From Poseidonia sp. (lineage in GTDB: Archaea > Thermoplasmatota > Poseidoniia > Poseidoniales > Poseidoniaceae), in assembly GCA_038127845.1 (NCBI GenBank), contig JAYPIL010000005.1, positions 1 through 51,060 on the forward strand: a DNA stretch of 51,060 bases, read 5' to 3'. Shown in pieces: positions 10,285-20,800 of the stretch (the stretch's first letter is position 1; the number at the start of each line of letters is the position of its first letter). A program made the translations under genes and the position numbers. Below the pieces are notes generated by a model. That model had not been told where the DNA came from and ran no database searches. It worked only from the letters and a program-made list of their open reading frames with translations.

Positions 10285-11952
10285 TCATTCGAGTGTGTCC
10301 ATCGCAACACGCTGTTGTTCACCGGTGTCTCGGTCCCTCAGGGTGACGGTGCCGTCCTCGAGCGACTGGTGGTCGACGGTGATGCAGGTTGGAACACCGA
10401 TTTCATCTGCCCTGGCATAACGTCGTCCGATGGACCCGCTTCCATCGTACATGGAGACAACACCCGGTTTTGCGCACAGGCGTTCGTGAAGTTCCTTCGC
10501 CAGGGTCTCCATACCGTCTTTTTCAAACAACGGGAAGATGGCCATGTCGACGGGGACAATGGATGACGAGAGTTTCATGAGCGTGTATGCCTCATCGTTT
10601 TTCTCAATTTCGTGATAGGCGTGGTCGATGATGTGCCAGAGGATTCTGTCGATGCCGAAAGCGGGCTCGACCACATGAGGGATGTACCATTCTCCGGATT
10701 CTTTCACCGTGTGCTTGTTTGGTTTGACATGCGCCTGTTCAACCACGACCGTATCGCCCGAATCCATTGTCAGGGTTACCGGAAACACCGTTTCTTTCGG
10801 GAGGTCTTCAACCGCTGATTTTACTTGACCCGCCAGCGCCTTGAATGCAGGCCCTGCGGTAGCACCATTGATGGTCCATGCATCGATTTCAACGGTCCTT
10901 GGCTCGTCAAATTCCCGCCTGGCTCGAAGGGATTTCCCCGTGGCTTGTTCGTGCTTTTCAAGATCGTAACACCCGCGATGGGCAATTCCGACGCATTCGA
11001 CCCAGCCGTAACTTCCGTGGATTTCTGCGTCCCAGCAATCCTCTGCATAATGTGCCATTTCGTCTTGTTCATGCTGACGGAAACGGATGCGCTGGGGATC
11101 AATGCCAACTTGCTCTAGAAAATCCACGGTACGGCCCATGAACGAAGCGACCGTAGCATGGCGGATGGTTCCGCTTTCGTAGGCTTCCCGAAGGGTGGAG
11201 GTCGTCTCAACAAGTGTATCTGGCAACAGCGTTAACGGCTTGCCGTCCCATGGAGTGAGGTCTTCGTTGCTTGGTGCTTCAGGGTCGATGAAGTACTCAA
11301 GTTCAGCCATGTTGAATTCTCGAAGGCGAATCATGCCCTGTCGAGGAGCGATTTCATTGCGGTAGCCTTTGCCCACTTGCATCGCTCCGAATGGAAGACG
11401 TTCTCTGAAGTGCCGGTAAAGCGAGTTGAATGAAGTGAACATGCCTTGGGCTGTTTCGGGACGAAGGAATCCCGCTCGACCTGATGTGCCCGCTCCGATG
11501 GTGGTGTTGAACATCAAGTTCTGAGCACTGACTTCACTCCAATCTGCTTTTCCACAAGCAGGACAGGGTGGATTTGCTTGATGGAGCAGGTTTTCCAACT
11601 CATCACGCTTCAGCGCATCGGGGTTTGAATGATGTTGTTCGAGGAGGGTGTCAGCTCGACTTGCTTCTTCACAAGCAAGGCACTGGGTCATGAAATCAGA
11701 GAACTCGCCGACATGGCCGCTCGCTTCCAACACAGCGTAGGGCGTGACGGTGGGGCAGGAAATCTCAACGATGTTGCCCATTTTGAGCCAGTGATTCAGC
11801 CACAACTGGTTGACTCTAGATCGCATCCGACCTCCGACCGGGCCGAAATCATAGAGTCCCTTTGCACCGCCGTGAATTTCAAACGCAGGCAGGAGAAAAC
11901 CCCGTCGTTTCAGCATGCCGCTGAGTCGGTCGAGGCGTTTCTCATCGCTCAT
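10285..11952 (-). CDS. glyS: Glycine--tRNA ligase (alpha2 type)
   Basis: YDFGPVG, LRPETAQG, YRNEIAPRQGMIRLREF, EPAFGIDR, GSIGRRYARADEIG anticodon-binding domain. Confidence 0.97.
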   Translation of the reverse strand: MSDEKRLDRLSGMLKRRGFLLPAFEIHGGAKGLYDFGPVGGRMRSRVNQLWLNHWLKMGNIVEISCPTVTPYAVLEASGHVGEFSDFMTQCLACEEASRADTLLEQHHSNPDALKRDELENLLHQANPPCPACGKADWSEVSAQNLMFNTTIGAGTSGRAGFLRPETAQGMFTSFNSLYRHFRERLPFGAMQVGKGYRNEIAPRQGMIRLREFNMAELEYFIDPEAPSNEDLTPWDGKPLTLLPDTLVETTSTLREAYESGTIRHATVASFMGRTVDFLEQVGIDPQRIRFRQHEQDEMAHYAEDCWDAEIHGSYGWVECVGIAHRGCYDLEKHEQATGKSLRARREFDEPRTVEIDAWTINGATAGPAFKALAGQVKSAVEDLPKETVFPVTLTMDSGDTVVVEQAHVKPNKHTVKESGEWYIPHVVEPAFGIDRILWHIIDHAYHEIEKNDEAYTLMKLSSSIVPVDMAIFPLFEKDGMETLAKELHERLCAKPGVVSMYDGSGSIGRRYARADEIGVPTCITVDHQSLEDGTVTLRDRDTGEQQRVAMDTLE

Positions 11953-12052
11953 GTTCTCCGCCCTGTGTGTCCGGCTGAGGCGAGGGCCCTATGAACTTCA
12001 CCGAATTTATCAAGACGAGGTGTTGGTTCTCAACACACAGGATTATAGCCGA

Positions 12053-12385
12053 ATGAATTCAGCGGATTCCATGGGACAAGCCATGGTCGCTATTGTCCAA
12101 AAGGACTGTACAGGATGTGACCTATGCATCTATCATTGTCCCTTTGAAGCGCTTCTTCCACTCGAGGAGAACCCCGCAGGTCGGACCCATCCGAAACGTC
12201 CTGTCGTGGTCGTAGAAAACCGCTGTGTTGGCTGTCTCTCCTGCATTGGCTCCTGTCCAACCGATGCATTGTATGAGGTCCAAATACCGCCCAACGCACC
12301 GCTCTCGCCGCTCCTTCAGTCTGGAGAATCGCCAAAAACAGAAACGATCATTCGTTGGAAAAAACGCTCAACACGATGGGCTTGA
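12053..12385 (+). CDS. 2x[4Fe-4S] ferredoxin-like protein
   Basis: CTGCDLCIYHCP and CVGCLSCIGSCP. Start uncertain (12053, 12071 or 12083). Confidence 0.85.
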   Translation: MNSADSMGQAMVAIVQKDCTGCDLCIYHCPFEALLPLEENPAGRTHPKRPVVVVENRCVGCLSCIGSCPTDALYEVQIPPNAPLSPLLQSGESPKTETIIRWKKRSTRWA

Positions 12386-12400
12386 TGTATCTCCATAAAG

Positions 12401-12418
12401 CCAAAACCCTTTTTAATT
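12401..12418 (+). promoter_or_regulatory. Putative BRE/TATA promoter of lhr
   Basis: CCAAAACCC then TTTTTAATT, about 40 nt upstream of ATG 12458 in a GC-rich background. Confidence 0.45.
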
Positions 12419-12457
12419 GAAAGGCGACGCTCCACACCCATAGGGTGTGAAAAAGAA

Positions 12458-15400
12458 ATGGCTGATATCGTATACTTGGATTCCCCATTGGAATCCGATG
12501 TGTTGTACGAGCGTCTCTGCCCTCCTGTCCGCCAGTGGTTCAAGGACAAGTTTCCTGATTTCACACGTCCACAGAAATTAGCCATCCCCGCCATCATGGA
12601 CAACAAGCATTTGCTTCTCTGTTCACCCACAGGGTCGGGAAAAACCCTCACGGCTTTCTTGAGTGTCATCGACCAACTTGTCCGTCTTGCCTTGGACAAA
12701 AAACTCGAGAAAAAAGTGTATGCTGTTTACATTTCGCCGATTAAGGCATTGGCAAACGACATCCAACGCAACCTGATCGGTCCGCTCAACGAAATCAAGG
12801 AGCATTATCTTCCAGACCGTGCTCAAGAGATTCGGGTGGGTTTGCGAACCGGAGACACGTCCCAATCCGATCGCCAAAAAATGCTGAGGAACCCGCCTCA
12901 TATTCTCATCACAACGCCGGAAAGTCTTGCCATCGCCATCACGTCACCTCGGTTCCAGCCCATCGTGAGTGAAGTGGAGTACATGATCATCGACGAACTG
13001 CACTCCATGGTGCCCACCAAGCGAGGCGTTCATCTTTCGTTGACGCTTTCTCTTCTGGACTCTTTGCTGAAAAACCCTGTTCAACGGATTGGAATTTCCG
13101 CTACCATGGAGCCGTTGGAAACGGTCGCTGAATATCTTGTGAGCAGCGATGACCGAGAAGCACGTGGGCAAGTTACCGAGGTTTCGATTGCAAAGATTTC
13201 AGGTTCGCGAGAACTGGATTTGGATATCCTGATCACCCACCCGAAATTTAGTGATCTTCCGGTGATGAAGGTGCTCGAATACAACATCGAGGCCGTTGCC
13301 GACCTCATCAGCGCTCACACCACAACGCTGGTCTTTGCCAACACTCGAAAGATGACGGAAACCATTGTGCAAAAACTGCGCCCGTTCCTTGGCGATTTGG
13401 TCGCAGGTCATCACGGTTCTATGGATAAAAACATCCGTCTTGATGTTGAAAAGCGACTGAAGTACGGTCATTTGCGAGCGGTCGTCACGTCCTCATCGCT
13501 TGAAATGGGAATTGACATTGGTTCAGTCGACCTTGTTGTTCAAGTGGGCAGCCCGGGTGACATCGCTACGGCACTGCAGCGCATCGGTCGAGCGGGTCAC
13601 CACGTGGGGGGCATTCCAAGAGCTCGGTTCTTACCTCAAAGCGTTGATGATTTGCTCGAATTGGCCGCCTTGCAAGCGGCTATCCAAACGGGGGATATGG
13701 ACCGTCTTGATTTCCCACAAAACTGTCTCGACGTGGTGGCTCAATTTATGATTGGGCTGGTCATCATCAATGACTTGGACATTGACGAGGCCTACGAAAT
13801 CATCGTCAACTCATGGTCCTATCGAAATTTTGAGTATGACGATTTCATTGAAGTGCTCGATATGCTTGAGGACGAGCGCCGAGTTTGGGTTGATTGGGAA
13901 GAGAACGTATACGGGAAACGAGGTTATTCTCGTATGATTTACTACACCAACATCGGCACCATTGCCCCTGACAATTCCTATCTCGTGTTCAATGCTGAGG
14001 GATCTATCCTCGGGAAACTTTCAGGCTCCTTCGTTTCCAACCTTCGAAACGGAGACGTCATTCTTCTCGGAGGTTCAACCTACAGAGTGACCAACATCCA
14101 GGGAACTCGCGTCAACGTGACCAGTGTGACGGGACATCGGCCGACGATTCCGTCTTGGTCGGGTGAAGCACGAAGCAGAAGTCGCGAACTCTCGCAAGCA
14201 CTCTTGGACCTCATCGGCCACTGCATGGTCTCGCTTCGAAGGGAACAGGACCCTCGCTTGTTGCTAAGGGACGTGTACGGACTTTCAAACGAAGTCGCCA
14301 ATGCAATTGCACGGCACCTCGAAGAACATTCGTTGGACTCGTTCCAAGTCCCCGATTCAAAGCGCATCTTGGTCGAACAAGTGGTGACGGGCGCCTTCCC
14401 CACTTACATGATCACGACCTGTCGTGGTCGAGGATTCAACACAGCCCTCGGGTACTTCATGGCCGGCATGGCTGAAGCCAACGGTATCAATGTCATCGAA
14501 ATGTCGTTTGACGAAAACGGGTTGTTGCTCAAGACCTCGCAAGAGGTTGACCCGGGTTCGTTGTACACGGCATTCCAGGAAAACAACCACATGGATGTGA
14601 TTGAGCGCTACATCATCAACACGCAAATTTTTGCCAAGCGGTTCCGAGAGGTTTCAGGTCGCTCGCTGATTATTCCAAAACGAATGGGTGCAGAAGAAAT
14701 CAGTCCGCAGCAATTCCAGCAGCGAGCTGAAGCCCTTCTCCAAAAACACCGCACGTTGGACGGCAGTTTGTTGATGCGTGAAGCAAAAAACGAAATTCTG
14801 TTCGGCGACATCGATCTGACCGGTCTCGAGAGTTTCCTACGTTCGTGCAGTACGGGTGACGCCCGGATTGTTCACACCAAAGTGGTGGTGCCTTCCCGTT
14901 TGGGGATGTCCCTCTTCATGTCCGCCTTCGAGGACTTGATGTCCATGAAAACAAGGGCATTTTTGGTCAAGGATATCGACCCGTCCATCCTTCAGCGTTT
15001 GCTCGGAACTCGCTCGCTCGCCACCGAACTATCGAGCGAACAATTGACCACTTACTACTCCGATAAAGCACCCGTCCCAACCAACGCCAAGGAATTGTTC
15101 AGGCTCATGAGCCACGGTGGGGGATTGGACCGTCAATTCAACAATCCGTTGTACCGAGAAAAACTCAACGACATCCCTCACGAGACCATCCGTGGATGGG
15201 TGGAGGAACTCTGTCAGACAGGTCAAATTACGAAACTTGACGGCACGGGTCAGGAAGAACTCGATGGCAAATGGTTCACAACCTACATGGGCGAAATTCA
15301 CGGAACGCTCGGATGCCTTGCGGTTGCGGGTGGAAAAGATGTGGAAAATCTTCTCGAGTTGCACACGCGTGGGCTCACCTACAACATGGCGACCGCTTTT

Positions 15401-17740
15401 GACGGGACCAAACCAACGCAGTGGGAAGAGCGAGAACTTGGTGATCCTCAAGAAGCCCTGCGAGTGAAAATTATTGAGATGCTTGGGTCGGAAGGGCCCA
15501 AGACCTCTGAAGAGATGGTGGAAAGGCTTCCTTTCCCACAGACGCTCATTGAACGCGCCTTGCATGAACTCGAAGGTCGCAACGTGGTTTCTGTCGGGTT
15601 CTACATACAAACCAACGATGCAGAATACATCTTGAAAATCGACGAACACCGTCTCACAGGTGGCGAAGAAGAAGTTGTTGAATACCGTTGGATTCAAAAC
15701 ATGGTTCTCGACAAATCGTTCCACAATTACGAAGACAGTTTCACAGCATTTAACGAGCACGTCCTCTTCCAAAAACAGCAGGAATTGCTCTACCGTGTGA
15801 ACGAGTTTACCTTCCGGGATTGGACGGACGTCCAACTTGATTCAGATGTCATCATGGGCCGTTTGCTCCACAATCGAATTGGTTACACCACACGACGAAA
15901 CATTTCCATGTTGTTGGGATTGAAGCCTGAGCCTTGGATTGGACCCATGGAAGAGGAGATATTGACCAAGATTCCGCCGGGTGAAAACGTCACGCGTCAA
16001 GAGATCATGGAGGGATATCCGAAAGGTGACGAACACCGTGCTCTCCAACGCGACTTGAAGAATGCCCTCAGCAACCTCGAACGCCAAATGTTGGTGGTGA
16101 AACAGTTTGAGGAAGTTCCCGGTCGCCGGCGCCGTCTTTCTCTGTTCCATCGGGTGATGGATGTCTACGAACCCATGAGTTTCGAGGATGCACTTGAAGA
16201 AGTTGTGCGCCGGATGGGCCCCGTCAAAGCGAGCACGCTTCGGTTTTACGTTTCGAGGAGCTTTGAAGAACTCACCATCGCTTTGATGAATCTCGAAAAG
16301 GCGGGCAAGATTGCCAAAGTGATGGCCCTTGTTCCGGAGCCAGAAGCGTTCTTTTGTGCTCCTGATGAGGTTGAGGAACTCCAACGCCCTCGGCGTGAGG
16401 ACCGCACCGTGCGCATCCTCACGCAATCCGACCCGTATGTATCTCGGTTTATTTGGGAAGTGCGGAGTGTGTTGGACCGTGGTTGGTACCTTCCCATCTT
16501 CAAGGGCGTTGACCCCATCGGCAAGGTGTTGATGTTCAAGGTCAACGACTATCTTGAAATCAAGGATTTACACGTTCCAACGGCCTACCTCGATGAGTTC
16601 TGTGAAGCCTTTGAATTGCTCTTGGAAAACCACGCTGCACAATTGGTGGATGTGTCCGTGCTGTCAAATTTCAACAGCGAACCGATCACCGCCCTTGACG
16701 ACACCACTCGACAGGCCCTGGAGGGCATTGGATTCCGCGTCACAGGGGAGCGAATGATTCGGGGCGCTGTGGTCGACCCACAACCTCGTGAAATTGCCGA
16801 GCGTGCGCTTTTCCATCAGCATCACTTGCACCAGCACACGCGAATGGAGAATGAAATCTTAGCTCTCAAACAGGTGGACGAAATACGCGATGACTTTGCC
16901 TTGAGAGGGCGATGTGAACTGTACCGTGCCGATTTGAAAAGCATGGCCAGCGCTCACCGTCTTCATCAGGGCATCAACTTGCGTGGGCATCAAGTCTGGG
17001 CAAGTTACGAGCATTTCCAAAACATCCTTGCGATTCGCAACCAACCTGCCGATGAGGAATTGCTTGACATCGTGGAATTTTTCAGCGGCCACTCCGATCC
17101 AAATCTCTTCAAGGAGCGCCACGCTCTCTCCCAATCCGAATTCCGTAAATTGATTCAACCGTTGATGAAGACCGGTCACATCGTGCAGGACTTCCGCGGG
17201 GGCTTCCGGAGTGTCTTTGTTCCGGAAGGCGTTGACCGGGCAGAGTTGAGAAAGGAGTACATTCGAACGTTGGTTGAGAAATACCCCGTCATCACCTTGC
17301 GGCAATTAACGCAACTCGCCGGGCCATCCTTCAAACCCGAGGAATTGAAAGCGGTGCTCAACGCCTTTGAGGAGGACGAAACCCTCATCAAGGGCTTCCT
17401 GATTGAGGATTTCCATCAAGTGTGCTGGGGACGTAAAGAATTGCTCCAAGAAGCAAAATCCATCCCTTCCATTCGGGATTTTGTCCTTCCGCCCTCTGAC
17501 CCGATTGCCCCTTATTTCACGGACATCATGAAAGAGCGGTTCGGTTTTGGTTCTGCATACCTTGTGTTCCGAAATGCTGAACCCGTCGCTGCGTTCAAAG
17601 CAAACACGCGCAACAAGATCATTGATGTCAAGGACTTTGAGGGCTCCGAAAAGGCTTGGCGAATCGTTAAGGAATTTGCGTGGGAACACCAAATGCCTCT
17701 GCAAACCGAACTGCGAATTGGTGGAAAGAAACTCCGTTAA
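12458..17740 (+). CDS. lhr: Lhr-family SF2 helicase with long C-terminal winged-helix extension
   Basis: SPTGSGKT, YISPIKALAND, RTGDT, TTPESL, IDELH, HHGS, SSLEMGID, LQRIGRAGH, PSWSGE; about 900 extra C-terminal residues. Confidence 0.93.
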   Translation: MADIVYLDSPLESDVLYERLCPPVRQWFKDKFPDFTRPQKLAIPAIMDNKHLLLCSPTGSGKTLTAFLSVIDQLVRLALDKKLEKKVYAVYISPIKALANDIQRNLIGPLNEIKEHYLPDRAQEIRVGLRTGDTSQSDRQKMLRNPPHILITTPESLAIAITSPRFQPIVSEVEYMIIDELHSMVPTKRGVHLSLTLSLLDSLLKNPVQRIGISATMEPLETVAEYLVSSDDREARGQVTEVSIAKISGSRELDLDILITHPKFSDLPVMKVLEYNIEAVADLISAHTTTLVFANTRKMTETIVQKLRPFLGDLVAGHHGSMDKNIRLDVEKRLKYGHLRAVVTSSSLEMGIDIGSVDLVVQVGSPGDIATALQRIGRAGHHVGGIPRARFLPQSVDDLLELAALQAAIQTGDMDRLDFPQNCLDVVAQFMIGLVIINDLDIDEAYEIIVNSWSYRNFEYDDFIEVLDMLEDERRVWVDWEENVYGKRGYSRMIYYTNIGTIAPDNSYLVFNAEGSILGKLSGSFVSNLRNGDVILLGGSTYRVTNIQGTRVNVTSVTGHRPTIPSWSGEARSRSRELSQALLDLIGHCMVSLRREQDPRLLLRDVYGLSNEVANAIARHLEEHSLDSFQVPDSKRILVEQVVTGAFPTYMITTCRGRGFNTALGYFMAGMAEANGINVIEMSFDENGLLLKTSQEVDPGSLYTAFQENNHMDVIERYIINTQIFAKRFREVSGRSLIIPKRMGAEEISPQQFQQRAEALLQKHRTLDGSLLMREAKNEILFGDIDLTGLESFLRSCSTGDARIVHTKVVVPSRLGMSLFMSAFEDLMSMKTRAFLVKDIDPSILQRLLGTRSLATELSSEQLTTYYSDKAPVPTNAKELFRLMSHGGGLDRQFNNPLYREKLNDIPHETIRGWVEELCQTGQITKLDGTGQEELDGKWFTTYMGEIHGTLGCLAVAGGKDVENLLELHTRGLTYNMATAFDGTKPTQWEERELGDPQEALRVKIIEMLGSEGPKTSEEMVERLPFPQTLIERALHELEGRNVVSVGFYIQTNDAEYILKIDEHRLTGGEEEVVEYRWIQNMVLDKSFHNYEDSFTAFNEHVLFQKQQELLYRVNEFTFRDWTDVQLDSDVIMGRLLHNRIGYTTRRNISMLLGLKPEPWIGPMEEEILTKIPPGENVTRQEIMEGYPKGDEHRALQRDLKNALSNLERQMLVVKQFEEVPGRRRRLSLFHRVMDVYEPMSFEDALEEVVRRMGPVKASTLRFYVSRSFEELTIALMNLEKAGKIAKVMALVPEPEAFFCAPDEVEELQRPRREDRTVRILTQSDPYVSRFIWEVRSVLDRGWYLPIFKGVDPIGKVLMFKVNDYLEIKDLHVPTAYLDEFCEAFELLLENHAAQLVDVSVLSNFNSEPITALDDTTRQALEGIGFRVTGERMIRGAVVDPQPREIAERALFHQHHLHQHTRMENEILALKQVDEIRDDFALRGRCELYRADLKSMASAHRLHQGINLRGHQVWASYEHFQNILAIRNQPADEELLDIVEFFSGHSDPNLFKERHALSQSEFRKLIQPLMKTGHIVQDFRGGFRSVFVPEGVDRAELRKEYIRTLVEKYPVITLRQLTQLAGPSFKPEELKAVLNAFEEDETLIKGFLIEDFHQVCWGRKELLQEAKSIPSIRDFVLPPSDPIAPYFTDIMKERFGFGSAYLVFRNAEPVAAFKANTRNKIIDVKDFEGSEKAWRIVKEFAWEHQMPLQTELRIGGKKLR

Positions 17741-17803
17741 GTGCACTGTTGCGAAGAATCGTTTTACCACTTGATTGATAAGTGTCCGTCACAACGGTAA
17801 ATC

Positions 17804-20800
17804 ATGAAGAAAGCCCTTCTTCTCGTCGCTTTATTCCTCTTGAGTCTCTGCTCTCCGCTGCTCTCCACTACCACGGGTGAATCGGTTGAAGAGATGTCGG
17901 TCCTTCACACGGCGGTCAATCCAACCAACAACAACACCTACCATCTTTTGGTTGCCTCGTCATGGGAGGACGCTGCCTCGTACGCTCTTTCCCTCGGTGG
18001 CTTTTTGGTCACCGTTGACGATGCTTCGGAAAATAAATGGATCGTGGACACCTTTTCCACATGGGACAATCAATCACGGCATCTTTGGATTGGTCTGAGC
18101 GACGATGCGCAGGAAGGCCAGTACAGATGGCACGACGGAACGCCCTTTCTCTACCGAAACTGGGGTGATGCTCAACCCTCCGAAGGGGGCGATGAGCATT
18201 ACATTCACATCGCAGGAACCAACATGGGCAACATCGAACCGGGAACATGGAACGATTTGGAGAACGACCCTCAGTATTTCCCCGTCTACGGTGTGGTTGA
18301 AGTAGGCCCAGGGGCAGATTATGCCCTCCGCTTTGATGGCGAATCAGACCATGTTGTCATTGAGCACGACAATGGATTGGATTTCACCAACCACAGCACG
18401 TTGACGCTTTCCGCATGGATTCACCCGTTCGGTCTCTCGGGCAATCAGTTCATCGTCATGAAGGGTGATTATGGCTGGGGCCTTTATCTCAAAGACGACC
18501 GATTGGCATTTTCTTCGGAATACAGCCTTGCAAATCATCCCGTGTCCAATGCAACCATCGCAGAAGACACGTGGTCGCACGTGAAGGTTGTCGTGACTGC
18601 CGGGGAAGGGTATGCCTTCTCTATCGACGGCGTTGATGCAGGCGTGATTGCTGATGAAGACGCGACCATCCCTTTCGGTGATTTTGGGTCGAACGACTGT
18701 TATGAAACGGGTCAAGACTGCGACCAACTCTACATCGCAAGGATGGGTGCTGGCTGTGAATGCGGCTATTTCGAAGGCCTGATCGATAACATCACCGTCT
18801 CCAGTGGCCCAAACGCATCATCCCTTTCGGAGCGTTCCAAGTGGATGTTTGCCGAAGGAGAGGGGTCGATGACCGAAGACGGTGTCAGCAATCGTTCGGG
18901 AACCATCGTCGGAGCCGACTGGGTCATGCCCGACGGGAGCATTGTTGCCCAAGCGGTTGAACTTCAGATCGGGGAGGAATACTTCCTCGAAGGTGGTGCT
19001 CAAGGGGACACGCTCCTCTTCTATGCCGAAGTTGAGGCGTACACTCGGTCGCTCTCTTGGTTCTCCTCCTCGTGGTCGTTTGATGATTGGGAGGAAGATA
19101 CCGAGTCAGCACTCAACGTGTATGTCGGGTTCAACTTCATGCCAGACCGTTGGAATCACAACGCTTCCTTCAGTGATGATTTCGGCTTTGCCTACGAAGA
19201 GTGGTCTTGGCCAGAAGAGGGGACGGTTTGGTTTGTGGTTGTCATGGAACGTGATCTCGGGGAATTGTACCTGTATCTCGATGCAGATGTTGCCGACCCT
19301 CCGCCCACGCTCGATGACATGACTGAATTGAAAGACAGCATCGCCGTGACCGGCCAAGAGGTCGGTTCGAGTTTCGACAACGGAGATGCCGGAACAGCGT
19401 ATTACTATGTCAACGTGACCGAGCCACTCGCTGACCTGCGCGTGCGAACCTATGGAGGCCGTGGCGATGTCAACATTGGGATTTCCTACTACAGCCCACC
19501 CTCTCCGGATGATTTGTGGGAAATCGCCTTTGACGGCGATGATGGCGAAGTGAAGATGGAAGAGCCATCGAAATTGCAGTGGTCAACAGGTCCGGGGAAC
19601 AATGAGGAAGTGCATCTGTTTGATGTCGAACCGGGCCTGTATTACATCACGGCGTTTACCTATAGAAACGCCCGCGGCTTCACCATTGTTGCGGATTTTG
19701 TTTACCCGCCCGTGAACATTGAACCTGAGGATGCCATCACGCTCACACCCGGTGTGGAATACGGTCTTTTGAGCGGATACGAGGGCCTCATGCAATTTTT
19801 CAAAGTTGAAGTTCCCCAAGATACGGAACGTCTCATCGTCGATCTCTCGGATGGCGGTGGCGAAGCTTCCCTTTACCTGCGCCACGAACAGGCTCCGACG
19901 ACGACCACCTTTGACCATCATTCCACCGCCGAAGGCGCAGGGGACCGCATCGCCTTCAACGACCCTACACCCGGTTGGTGGTACATCTTGCTCACCTCAG
20001 AGGCTGCATTTACCGGCGTCAACATCGTTGCTGAATTTGCTGACCGTTATGTTTGGGAATACGATGGCGTCCCGATTGAATTGTTTAATGATGAACCGTT
20101 GGACGGGGTCAGTGTTGGGAAAGGAGGAGAAATTTCCTTCTATGCCATGCTGGATGAACCGGGGAGTTTCTTCCAGATTGAAACCTACGGAGGTTCTGGC
20201 GATGTCCAGTTGCTCGTTGAAGGCCTTCAGTATGAGGTTGAATTTGGCGATTGGGGGCGACCAGAGCCAGGCGATGGCTTGGATGTGGAGACCAGCGAGA
20301 CGACGCTCAAAAGTGGCTCATCAGGAACCAATCATATCGTGACGCTGCAAGCGCCCATGAACGGAAGAATTGAGATTTCCCTCATCGGTATCAGCGATTC
20401 CGAGGAGGTTTCCTTGGTCGCTCGTTGGGACCGCAGTGAGTTGCCGATTGAACCCGTTGAACCAAAGGAGCCATCCTCAGCAACGCCTTGTGATCAATCC
20501 GCAGAGGAGATGTTCAAGAAACTGGACAGAGATTCCAACGGCCTGCTCGAAGGCTCTGAAATAGACAGCATTGATGCTTCCGCCGCAAACCGCAATGGGA
20601 TGGACATCAACGGCGACCAATCAATTGAGTTCCGAGAATATCTGCAATTCAAGTGTTCATGCGAAGTGGAACTTTCTTCGGTGTTTGACGAATTCTCTCA
20701 GGGGAGAGATGAGGTGTCGCTGGACAGTCTCGAAACACATCCATGGTCAAACACCTACGACTTTGAAGCCGTCAACGGCAACGACGACACCGGCATTGAC

